Assembly: GCA_964458485.1 (NCBI GenBank)
Contig: CAYWJA010000004.1
Span: 2,231 to 66,230 of the forward strand
DNA: 64,000 nucleotides
Source: an uncultured Candidatus Peribacteria bacterium
GTDB lineage: Bacteria > Patescibacteriota > Gracilibacteria > UM-FILTER-43-11
Direction of reading: 5' to 3'
In this document: positions 1 to 8,101 of the stretch, in pieces
How the letters are laid out: every line of letters begins with the position of its first letter
Numbering within the stretch: the stretch's first letter is position 1
The notes under the pieces: generated by a model
What the model was told of the DNA's origin: nothing
The model's database searches: none
What the model saw: the letters and a program-made list of their open reading frames with translations, nothing else
Program-made: the position numbers and the translations under genes

Positions 1-352
1 GTATCATAAAAACATCTGGTCCTTCACCTTCAGCTATTTCATTAATAATTAAATCTTCATATTCCTCAAGGTTCACAAACTTTTTAACCTTTACATTCAC
101 ATTGGCATTCTTACTGCGAAAAGCCTGAATTTGTTCCTGAAAAGAATCCGTATTGTCGTGAACAATATACATGGTTAGATCCTTGCTCTTGTTTGCATCC
201 TCTTTTTTATAAGGGCAGTCACTCCTATAAGTACTTGTGCCAGGTACGTTATCCTTAGCCTTAGGACATTTATCTTTACATCCACTTAAAAAAAGTGGGG
301 CTGAAAGGATGAGTGCCAAAAATAATATTTTTGTGAATCTTTTGATAATCAT
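1..352 (-). CDS. Partial CDS (N-terminal ~117 codons, runs off the left edge): lipoprotein, ABC-type solute-binding-protein-like
   Basis: My own minus-strand translation from the ATG at 352-350 gives MIIKRFTKILFLALILSAPLFLSGCKD... (signal peptide plus LSGC lipobox), then ...INEIAEGEGPDVFMI as in family-1 substrate-binding proteins. It is absent from the ORF track because the window edge truncates it. Confidence 0.5.
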   Translation of the reverse strand, partial: MIIKRFTKILFLALILSAPLFLSGCKDKCPKAKDNVPGTSTYRSDCPYKKEDANKSKDLTMYIVHDNTDSFQEQIQAFRSKNANVNVKVKKFVNLEEYEDLIINEIAEGEGPDVFMI

Positions 353-495
353 GTTTTTATTGTTTATTCAATCATTATTGTAAGGAAAAAAACCCCATAA
401 ATCAATCTCAAGCCAAAAGACTAAAATTGATTTTATTCATCTAAACTTATAGGTTTGAAAAAACTTATACATTAAAAGCATGTCGTTGGTCAAAC

Positions 496-1428
496 TTAAT
501 TTTTATCTACCCCAACAAAAAACTCCCTCCACGATGCGAACTTGTAGTAGGTTTGTTTGCCGAATATTTTAAATATCGGAAGTACCAGCGGATGTGTAAC
601 CAGGCGTAAAATTCGCCCTTTTAGCCCAGCAGGAATAACCCGTACTTCTGGCTGTAGGCGTTCAAAATGCACTGCGGATTTGCCAACTGCCTGCATTTTT
701 TTAGGCAAATTAGATTCCGGAATTTCGTGATGATGATATGCAACTGCCTTTGGTTCATAATAAATCTGCATATCATGGTTTTTCCACAATCTAAACCCAA
801 GTTCAATGTCTTCCCATCCATAACATTTAAAGTCTTCATTAAATTTTTCTTTCTCAAAAAAGGATTTTTTCATTGAAATGTTAGATGTATAGAAAAATTT
901 ATATGGCTCCGCCTGCCCGATCATCTTGGGTTTTAGAAATTTATAACCAAACTGCCAACCACTGTCTTCTAAAAATTCCATATAACTATTAGTTTTAAGC
1001 TGCGGGTCCCACGTTGTATAACCAAGCACAACCACATTCTCATCGGAATTTTCTGTATGACGATCCAAATGCATCTTCAAAAACCCAGGCTCAACAAAAA
1101 TATCATCTCCAATAAAAAGGATAATATCGCCAGTCGCCTTTTCGACCCCCCGGTTCCTCGCCACCCCCTGATGAGATGCGGATTGATGTATATAGTGTAT
1201 TTTTGGGATTTGTAATTTGAGATTTATTTTGGAATTTGGGCTTGAAATTTGGAATTTGGAGACAACATCTTTAGTGTTGTCGATAGATCCATCACTTACC
1301 ACAACAACCTCAAAATCCCATGGTGGTGAGCTTGCCGAACCAACACCCTGTTGTTGAGATAGTTTCTCCAAACAAATTTTAAGTATTTCAGCCCTATTAT
1401 GTGTTGGAATTACTACGGAAAGTTTCAT
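496..1428 (-). CDS. Family-2 (GT-A) glycosyltransferase
   Basis: 310-aa ORF with an ATG start. MKLSVVIPTHNR, VSDGSIDNT and FIGDDIF (DxD-like) motifs are typical of GT2 enzymes. Confidence 0.85.
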   Translation of the reverse strand: MKLSVVIPTHNRAEILKICLEKLSQQQGVGSASSPPWDFEVVVVSDGSIDNTKDVVSKFQISSPNSKINLKLQIPKIHYIHQSASHQGVARNRGVEKATGDIILFIGDDIFVEPGFLKMHLDRHTENSDENVVVLGYTTWDPQLKTNSYMEFLEDSGWQFGYKFLKPKMIGQAEPYKFFYTSNISMKKSFFEKEKFNEDFKCYGWEDIELGFRLWKNHDMQIYYEPKAVAYHHHEIPESNLPKKMQAVGKSAVHFERLQPEVRVIPAGLKGRILRLVTHPLVLPIFKIFGKQTYYKFASWREFFVGVDKN

Positions 1429-1527
1429 TTTAGGATTATTTTTTTACAAACCTACTCAGACTACGCTATTATAGCACTAAAGCACTACAGGACTAAAGCA
1501 CTACAGGACTAAAGCACTAATAAAAAA

Positions 1528-2202
1528 ATGAAAAAAGAAGAAATACTCCAAATCATAGAAACAAATAAATCAATGCCCTACAATGAGCTACGCACTCATG
1601 CCATGGCCGCCGGTGTTAGCATGGATGAATTTAACAATGCCTGGGATGAGCACATGGAGAACACGAGAAAGACGCCTGCTATGAAAATATGGGAAAAAAT
1701 TTATACAGCGCTTTTGGTAATTTATACCATTATTGGTGCAGATATTGGGTATTTCAATCTTATAATTACTCTACAGAACAAAATTCTTGCAGTAAATTTA
1801 GGTAAACTGGCAATTTTAACAGCCCTGATACTGATTCTTCATATAATATCACATTTTACAGGAAGTAAGGGGTCAATTTTCACAACATCAAAACTATCTG
1901 TTTTCATCGTAATAATGTTTTACTTAACGTTCCTGACAACAAAAATAAATACACCATTCGTACAAATATTTTTGTTATTTGGGGCTGTAATCCTGGGGTT
2001 CATAACTTTCTTTGTCATAATGAAGGTATGCCATATAAACATTTTACGCACCCTGATTCTAATTGTATTGAGCGTGCTCGCTATGGGGATAGTTTTACAG
2101 TTTACAATAGGATTAAAGACATTTAAGAACTATTATGTAGTTGACCCCAATGTTAAAAATTTAAAAATGAAGTCGGCAGTGGAGATTGCTGAATCTGAAT
2201 AG
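1528..2202 (+). CDS. Hypothetical multi-pass membrane protein
   Basis: 224-aa ORF with an ATG start. A soluble ~50-aa N-terminus is followed by about five hydrophobic helices. No family recognised. Confidence 0.6.
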   Translation: MKKEEILQIIETNKSMPYNELRTHAMAAGVSMDEFNNAWDEHMENTRKTPAMKIWEKIYTALLVIYTIIGADIGYFNLIITLQNKILAVNLGKLAILTALILILHIISHFTGSKGSIFTTSKLSVFIVIMFYLTFLTTKINTPFVQIFLLFGAVILGFITFFVIMKVCHINILRTLILIVLSVLAMGIVLQFTIGLKTFKNYYVVDPNVKNLKMKSAVEIAESE

Positions 2203-2311
2203 TAACCAAATAGTTTCCCGCCTTTCGACAAGCTCAAGGCGTTTCCAAATAGTTGCCAAATTGTTTACTATTAATAATTTGGAAACAATCTGGAAACAAT
2301 CTGGAAACAAT
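2203..2311 (+). promoter_or_regulatory. Conserved repeat-built leader, copy A (upstream of cysS)
   Basis: Layout is ccaaatagtttcc / GC hairpin cgcctt-tcgacaagctc-aaggcg / core gtttccaaatagttgccaaattgtttact (2241-2269) / ctggaaacaat x3 ending at the ATG. The same layout occurs at 16566-16688 and 50663-50755. Confidence 0.6.
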
Positions 2312-3733
2312 ATGAATAACATCCAACTATACAACACGGCAACACGACAAAAAATGCCCTTCGAACCGCTAGATCCAGCGGAGGTTAAGTTATATACATG
2401 CGGACCGACGGTTTACAACTATGCGCATATTGGTAATTTGCGAACTTATATTTTTGAAGATTTCCTACGTCGTACTCTTGAGTTTAACGGCTACCAAGTT
2501 AATCATGTAATGAACATTACAGATGTAGGACACTTAACATCCGATGCGGATGAAGGGGAGGATAAAATGCTTAAAGGTGCAAAAAGGGAGAAAAAAACTG
2601 TCTGGGAAATCGCGGAATTCTACACAAAAGCATTTATGAGCGACCTGGTTGCACTCAATCTTTTAGAGCCGCATATTAAATGTAAAGCGACTGACCATAT
2701 TCAGGAAATGATTGATCAGGTGCAACAATTAGAGAAAAACGGACTAACTTACGTTGCTGATGGTAATGTTTATTTTGATACCTCCAAATTTCCGGATTAT
2801 GGAAAACTTGCTCAATTGGAGAAGCAAGATCTGCAGGCTGGCGCACGTATTGAAGTAGATAAGAATAAAAAAAATCCACACGACTTTGTGCTCTGGTTTA
2901 CTAAAAGTAAGTTTGCAGATCAGGAAATGCAATGGGATAGCCCATGGGGCAAAGGTTACCCTGGTTGGCATATCGAGTGCAGTGCAATGTCGACGCGTTA
3001 TCTTGGTAATCAAATCGACATTCACTGTGGCGGCATCGACCACATTCCAGTTCATCATACAAACGAGCTTGCCCAGGCTGAGGGTGCAACAAATATAAAA
3101 CCATGGGTGCTTTATTGGATGCATGGAAATTTTTTGGTAATCAAAGATAAAGAAAAAATGTCTAAATCATCCGATAACTTTTTAAGAATACAAACCCTAA
3201 TCGACAAAGGCTACGATCCATTGGATTACCGATACTTCTGCCTCCAATCTCATTATCGCAAAGAACTGACATTTAGTTGGGAAGGTATGGATGCCGCAAG
3301 GACAGGCTTACGGCGCTTGAGAGAGAAGGTGTGTCGGTTATCACGCGAGCAAAGCAAGCTGGTCACGCGAGCAAAGCGAGCTGGTCACGCGAGCAAAGCG
3401 AGCTGGTCACGCGAAGAATTCGCAGGTGCCATAAACGACGACCTAAACATGCCCGAAGCCCTCGCAACAACCTGGAAGCTTATTGATGATCCAGATGTCG
3501 AGGATGCCGAAAAACTCGCCACAATTAAAGAATTCGACAAAGTGCTTGGCCTAAAATTGGACGAAAAAAAGGATGTTTGTATACCAGAAAGTATCCAGCA
3601 ACTGATAATTGAACGTAACGAAGCGCGCGAAAAAAAAGACTGGGGGAAATCTGACGACCTAAGGAATAAGATTGAGGAACAAGGATTTATAGTAAAAGAC
3701 GGCCCTGACGGGACAAAAGTGTTAAAAAAATGA
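2312..3733 (+). CDS. cysS: Cysteinyl-tRNA synthetase
   Basis: Class-I signatures are present: CGPTVYNYAHIGNLR (HIGH-type) and KMSKS. The track start at 2186 is a TTG that reads through the upstream repeat array. The ATG at 2312 (MNNIQLYNT) matches a canonical CysRS N-terminus. Confidence 0.95.
   Translation: MNNIQLYNTATRQKMPFEPLDPAEVKLYTCGPTVYNYAHIGNLRTYIFEDFLRRTLEFNGYQVNHVMNITDVGHLTSDADEGEDKMLKGAKREKKTVWEIAEFYTKAFMSDLVALNLLEPHIKCKATDHIQEMIDQVQQLEKNGLTYVADGNVYFDTSKFPDYGKLAQLEKQDLQAGARIEVDKNKKNPHDFVLWFTKSKFADQEMQWDSPWGKGYPGWHIECSAMSTRYLGNQIDIHCGGIDHIPVHHTNELAQAEGATNIKPWVLYWMHGNFLVIKDKEKMSKSSDNFLRIQTLIDKGYDPLDYRYFCLQSHYRKELTFSWEGMDAARTGLRRLREKVCRLSREQSKLVTRAKRAGHASKASWSREEFAGAINDDLNMPEALATTWKLIDDPDVEDAEKLATIKEFDKVLGLKLDEKKDVCIPESIQQLIIERNEAREKKDWGKSDDLRNKIEEQGFIVKDGPDGTKVLKK
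3342..3414 (+). repeat. 22-nt tandem repeat x3.3 inside the cysS reading frame
   Basis: The unit cacgcgagcaaagc(a/g)agctggt sits at 3342, 3364 and 3386, with a partial copy at 3408. Three units make 66 nt, so the frame is kept (SREQSKLVTRAKRAGHASKASWSRE). Confidence 0.9.
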
Positions 3734-3738
3734 ATCCC

Positions 3739-3802
3739 AACTCCACAAATTAATATAATTTTGTGGACTCTAACTCCACAAATTAATATAATTTTGTGGA
3801 CT
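3739..3802. repeat. Two tandem copies of a 31-nt hairpin unit between cysS and the AAA ATPase gene
   Basis: The unit aactccacaaattaatataattttgtggact occurs at 3739-3769 and 3772-3802. Each has the 8-bp stem tccacaaa/tttgtgga, and the second is followed by ctttta. It could be a cysS terminator and/or an operator. Confidence 0.8.
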
Positions 3803-3831
3803 TTTATTAAAAAGTAAGATATAATGTAAAC

Positions 3832-4959
3832 ATGATAAAAAGAATTTATGAACCACTGGATAAATTTCTGCAAAAAGGTAAGGCTCTAATAATTTATGGC
3901 CCTCGCCAAGTAGGCAAAACAACACTTTTACAAAAATTTCTTAAAACCACCAACAAAAAATATAAGCTTGATTCCGGAGATAATATAAAAACTCAAAATA
4001 TATTAAGCTCACAGGACTTTTCTCAAATTTTAAATTATGTGGAAGGATACGATCTGATTGCGATAGACGAAGCGCAAAATATACCAAATATTGGCATGGG
4101 GCTAAAAATAATTATAGACAACAAACCAAACATCAGCATAATTGCTACTGGATCATCCTCGTTTGATTTAGCCAATAAAGTAGGTGAACCTTTAACAGGT
4201 CGCAAAAAAACCATTACCCTATATCCAGTCTCACAGATCGAACTACTGGATACACATAATAAACATGAATTACAGGAGCGTTTGGAGGAATTTCTTATTT
4301 TTGGCTCATATCCGGAAGTTGTTACAGCGCGCACCCAAAAACAAAAAATTGAATTATTGAAAGAATTGGTAAATTCTTATTTGCTAAAAGATATTTTGGA
4401 TATGGAAAAAGTAAAAGGGTCTAAAGTTTTACTTGATATGCTAAAGCTATTGGCATTCCAGGTGGGTAATCAGGTTTCTTTGCATGAGTTAGCCACCCAG
4501 CTTTCCATAGATGTAAAAACTGTGGCCAGATATTTGGACTTACTGGAAAAGACCTTTGTAATAAAGCGATTAACCGGTTTCAGTCGCAACCTAAGAAACG
4601 AAATAACCAGTAAGCATAAATATTATTTTTTAGACAATGGCATAAGAAATGCTGTTATATCCCAGTTCAATAATATAGCAGATAGAGCAGATGTGGGAGC
4701 ACTGTTTGAAAACTTTGTTATGATGGAACGTGTGAAAAAACTGGAATACAAAAATGATTATTCTTTAATTTATTTTTGGAGGAATTATGCTGGCAATGAA
4801 ATAGATTTGGTTGAAGAAAAGGACGGCAAATTAAAAGCGTATGAATTCAAATGGAATCCCGGCAAAAAGATTAAAGCCCCCAATGAATGGACAAAGTCTT
4901 ATCCACAAGCTTCTTTTAAAACTGTGACCTCACAAGACTATTTGAAGTTTGTGACATAA
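3832..4959 (+). CDS. AAA+ ATPase of the COG1373/DUF4143 type
   Basis: 375-aa ORF with a Walker A motif (IYGPRQVGKTTLL) and Walker B (LIAIDEAQ). The C-terminal region is typical of DUF4143 proteins. Confidence 0.8.
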   Translation: MIKRIYEPLDKFLQKGKALIIYGPRQVGKTTLLQKFLKTTNKKYKLDSGDNIKTQNILSSQDFSQILNYVEGYDLIAIDEAQNIPNIGMGLKIIIDNKPNISIIATGSSSFDLANKVGEPLTGRKKTITLYPVSQIELLDTHNKHELQERLEEFLIFGSYPEVVTARTQKQKIELLKELVNSYLLKDILDMEKVKGSKVLLDMLKLLAFQVGNQVSLHELATQLSIDVKTVARYLDLLEKTFVIKRLTGFSRNLRNEITSKHKYYFLDNGIRNAVISQFNNIADRADVGALFENFVMMERVKKLEYKNDYSLIYFWRNYAGNEIDLVEEKDGKLKAYEFKWNPGKKIKAPNEWTKSYPQASFKTVTSQDYLKFVT

Positions 4960-5017
4960 AAATTCATAAAATTTGCTGGAGCGTATCTCTGGTGGGCTTC
5001 AACAAATTTTTACCCTA

Positions 5018-5734
5018 CTACTCATCATCTTCCCCCATCCCCAAAAAAGCCTCTTCATCTATTCTTGCAATAGGAAAATGTCCGTACTGTGCGGACACTA
5101 TTTTAAGGGGAAGGTGATTTATTTTACCTTCAACCAACCTTTCTCTAATTTTCATGGGCAATCTCCTAATATAATCATCTTCAAGTTCTGGTGATATAAG
5201 AGCATCTCTGTGCTCGTCGCCGCATCCCGGAAGTTGACTTAATAAAGCAAATTTAAACTTGGGCAGAAAGGTTATCATACCTATTCTCCCATCTGACCGA
5301 TAGCGGAACACTTTAACTGGTACAGTAATTGTATCCCCCAATTTCACAAGCTCCCTTTCTTCTAACGGCGTAATTCTTTCCTGTAGCGCAGCACGCACTT
5401 CTGCATAACATTCAGCAATAGGCTGCCAGAAGCGCTGTTTTTCTTCGTCGCTGAGCTCGCTAGATTTAATCGCCTCCTGGATTTTGACTAAATAATTAGA
5501 TATCAAATAAGCATAATTCATATCTCGTGGTATCCAGCCCAAAATACGATCTACTTCATCAGCAAGATCAATATCTACATCAATTAATTCTAATGCACTT
5601 TCGCGCACTTGTTTAATTGTAGTGTCAATTTTTTCTCCCAAATCTCTAAAATAATCAACACTTAACTTTTTACAGTCTCTTGAATGACCTTTTGTAAGAT
5701 CATCATCTAATGTTGGCAACTCTCTCTCTGACAT
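5018..5734 (-). CDS. Hypothetical acidic protein
   Basis: Open frame with no recognisable domain. The track start at 5803 is a GTG, so I prefer the first ATG (MSERELPTL) at 5734. Confidence 0.5.
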   Translation of the reverse strand: MSERELPTLDDDLTKGHSRDCKKLSVDYFRDLGEKIDTTIKQVRESALELIDVDIDLADEVDRILGWIPRDMNYAYLISNYLVKIQEAIKSSELSDEEKQRFWQPIAECYAEVRAALQERITPLEERELVKLGDTITVPVKVFRYRSDGRIGMITFLPKFKFALLSQLPGCGDEHRDALISPELEDDYIRRLPMKIRERLVEGKINHLPLKIVSAQYGHFPIARIDEEAFLGMGEDDE

Positions 5735-5855
5735 AAGCAAATTGGTTAATGTTAGGTTGTATACTGTATAAATAATTAGACAACCTGTCAACCCAAAACT
5801 CACTTTCTCATCAACCTAAATTTTCGTGTTTTTTAAGGGTATGGTATATTTTATT

Positions 5856-5947
5856 TAGGATGTAGGATGTAGGCCTTTAGGATGTAGGAATCTATGAAAT
5901 TCCGCAGTCCATAACCTACAAGCCTACAACCTACAAGCCTACAACCC
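5856..5947. repeat. Opposed word arrays (aggatgt)n ... (cctacaa/cctacaagc)n
   Basis: The left arm taggatgtaggatgtaggcctttaggatgtagga (5856-5889) faces the right arm cctacaagcctacaacctacaagcctacaaccc (5915-5947). The tgtagg and cctaca words are complementary. The same family occurs at 61958-62034. Confidence 0.8.
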
Positions 5948-5956
5948 TAAAAAATT

Positions 5957-6898
5957 ATGACAAAATATAGCATCTTCTCCGGCTCCTCCCACCCGGAGCT
6001 TGCGAAGGAAATCGCAAAAAAACTTAAAAAACCTCTCGGCAAAGTAAAACTGACGACATTTTCGTGCGGGGAAAAATATGTAGCTTATGAAGAAACAATG
6101 CGCGGCAGAGAAGTATTTATCATCCAAACATGTAGGGATGGATTGGTGAATGATGATTTTATGGAACTCTTCCTGATGATAGATGCAGCACGGCTTTCTT
6201 TCGCAACAAAAATTCATGTAATACTCCCTCACTTCGGCTATGCCAGACAAGACAAAGTACATGTACCACGGGAGCCGATTTCTGCAAAACTGATGGCTGA
6301 TCTTCTGGTTCAGGCTGGCGCTGATCATGTGATTACATTTGCACTTCATTCAGACCAAAACCAGGCATTTTTTGATGTTCCTGTAGATAATATTGATGTA
6401 CATAGGTTGTTTTCTGAATACTTTAAGAAAAAAAAGCTAAAGGATGTTGTTGTTGTCTCCCCAGATGCAGGTGGTGCAAAAAAAGCCAAGGCATTTGCAG
6501 ATGATATTGGTGCCCCAATAGCCATCCTCCACAAGGCAAGACCAAAACACAATGTAGCGAAAACAACCCATGTGGTTGGTGATGTAGATGGCAAAACCTG
6601 TATTATTTATGATGATATGATCGACACTGCAGGCAGTACAGCCGCAGCACACGATGCCTTAATTAAACATGGTGCAAAAAAAGATATTTACCTGGCTGCA
6701 ACCCATCCAATATTTTCCGGACCGGCAGCCAAAAGATTTAGAAAGGCTGGGTTTAAAGAGGTGGTTGTTACCAACTCAATGCCGATTCCAAAAGAGAAGA
6801 AATTTAAAGGCCTTAAGCAAATCTCCATCGCACCTTTAATTGCAGACATTATTGGAAGTGTGACGCATCAGAAGTCTGTTAGCTCTCTATTTTATTAA
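5957..6898 (+). CDS. prs: Ribose-phosphate pyrophosphokinase
   Basis: 313 aa. Full-length resemblance to PrsA, including the PRPP-binding loop (VVVSPDAGGAKKAKAFAD, IIYDDMIDTAGS). Confidence 0.95.
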   Translation: MTKYSIFSGSSHPELAKEIAKKLKKPLGKVKLTTFSCGEKYVAYEETMRGREVFIIQTCRDGLVNDDFMELFLMIDAARLSFATKIHVILPHFGYARQDKVHVPREPISAKLMADLLVQAGADHVITFALHSDQNQAFFDVPVDNIDVHRLFSEYFKKKKLKDVVVVSPDAGGAKKAKAFADDIGAPIAILHKARPKHNVAKTTHVVGDVDGKTCIIYDDMIDTAGSTAAAHDALIKHGAKKDIYLAATHPIFSGPAAKRFRKAGFKEVVVTNSMPIPKEKKFKGLKQISIAPLIADIIGSVTHQKSVSSLFY

Positions 6899-6906
6899 TC
6901 ATTTTT

Positions 6907-6935
6907 CTTGAGACTCGCACTTGAGACTTGAGACT
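6907..6935. repeat. Word array cttgagact x3 upstream of gap
   Basis: cttgagact starts at 6907, 6920 and 6927. The same word occurs at 12514-12543, 24621-24652 (reverse complement) and 55181-55232. Confidence 0.85.
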
Positions 6936-6958
6936 ATTAAATTTTAATTTAATTAATT

Positions 6959-7963
6959 ATGAAAGTAGCAATAAATGGCTTCGGCCGCATTGGCCGACAA
7001 ATTATGCATAGAATTATGCAAAAAAACAGCGACCTTGAGGTTGTCGCAATCAATGATCTTTCCGATAATAAAATGTTAGCACTCCTGTTTGGACATGACT
7101 CAACATTCGGTAAATATCCAGGCACTGTGGAATTAAAGGGTGAAGATGAAATTGTTATTGATGGAAAGGCTATCAAAATTTACGCTGAACCGGATCCAGA
7201 AAAACTTCCATGGGGCGAACTTGGTGTAGACACTATTTTTGAATGCACCGGAAGATTCCGTACGCACGAAGATGCCAGCAAGCACGTTACAGCTGGTGCA
7301 AAAAGGGTAATTCTCTCTGCTCCTGCAAAGGGCGATAAAGGTGCTGATGGCACCTTTGTAATGGGCGTGAATGAAGGTGATTTCGACCCAGAGAATCACA
7401 AAATCATTTCAAATGCCAGCTGCACAACAAACTGCCTCGCTCCTGTGGCAAAAGCAATTAACGATGCCTTTGGAATAAAGAGGGGAATCATGACAACTAT
7501 TCACGCTGTAACAACAAGTCAAAAAATTCTAGATATGGCATCTAAGGATGCAAGACGTGCAAGAAGCTGCATGCAAAATATGATCCCAACAACAACCGGT
7601 GCTGCAAAAGCTGTTTCCTTAGTTATCCCGGAGCTTAAAGGGAAACTTACCGGAATGGCTGTACGTGTACCAACTCCAACAGTATCACTTGTTGATTTAA
7701 CTGTAGAATTTGAAAAAGATGTCACCACCGATGAAATCCATGATGTTCTGAAAAAACGTGCACAGGAAATTCCAGAAATTATGCAGGTGGAAGAACGCCC
7801 ACTTGTTTCAAAAGACTTCCAAATGGATTCTCATTCCGCATCTGTTGATGCAATGAGTACCATGGTGATGGGCGGAAACTTAGTAAAAATACTAGTATGG
7901 TACGACAATGAATGGGGGTATTCTTGTAGGATGGTTGATTTGGCGGAACACATATCTAAATAA
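6959..7963 (+). CDS. gap: Glyceraldehyde-3-phosphate dehydrogenase, type I (copy 1)
   Basis: 334 aa with NGFGRIGR and the catalytic SNASCTTNCLAP motif. Confidence 0.95.
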   Translation: MKVAINGFGRIGRQIMHRIMQKNSDLEVVAINDLSDNKMLALLFGHDSTFGKYPGTVELKGEDEIVIDGKAIKIYAEPDPEKLPWGELGVDTIFECTGRFRTHEDASKHVTAGAKRVILSAPAKGDKGADGTFVMGVNEGDFDPENHKIISNASCTTNCLAPVAKAINDAFGIKRGIMTTIHAVTTSQKILDMASKDARRARSCMQNMIPTTTGAAKAVSLVIPELKGKLTGMAVRVPTPTVSLVDLTVEFEKDVTTDEIHDVLKKRAQEIPEIMQVEERPLVSKDFQMDSHSASVDAMSTMVMGGNLVKILVWYDNEWGYSCRMVDLAEHISK

Positions 7964-7966
7964 CAA

Positions 7967-8024
7967 CCTAATAGTGACCTGCTACGCGTGACCAGCTCAC
8001 TACGTTCGCGTGACCTAATAGTGA
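7967..8024. repeat. GC-rich insert flanked by the direct repeat cctaatagtga
   Basis: cctaatagtga occurs at 7967-7977 and 8014-8024, bracketing the GC-rich stretch between 7978 and 8013. Positions 7991-8012 match the reverse complement of the cysS internal 22-mer at 18/22. Confidence 0.75.
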
Positions 8025-8101
8025 TTATAATTATGCAATTAAATCACAATAGGTCACGTGAGCTTGAGCTTGTCGAAAGCGAACGGGTAACAATTGGAAT
8101 C

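Noticed and set aside
1201-1262. A (a)atttgg word-like periodicity inside the GT2 gene as another in-frame repeat insertion.
   Set aside because: The periodicity is weak and there is no flanking hairpin or clear unit. Without an alignment I cannot distinguish it from ordinary AT-rich coding sequence.
2186-2311. N-terminal extensions given by the ORF track for cysS. The same issue applies to 7988-8101, 16656-16688, 33047-33109, 34674-34787, 59274-59336, 12532-12558, 5735-5803 and 17408-17557.
   Set aside because: Most of these extensions begin at TTG or GTG or at repeat-encoded ATGs. They translate repeat arrays or palindromes, and they precede an ATG that matches the canonical N-terminus of the family.
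2203-2311. A T-box leader upstream of cysS, and likewise upstream of lysS.
   Set aside because: The leaders are too short. They lack the specifier-loop/AGAGA and T-box (…GGUGGUACCGCG…) motifs. The same module also precedes non-aaRS genes.
3385-3873. 162-aa minus-strand ORF.
   Set aside because: It is antisense to the cysS 3' end and reads through the tandem hairpins and the promoter of the next gene.
5939-6349. 136-aa minus-strand ORF.
   Set aside because: It is antisense to prs.
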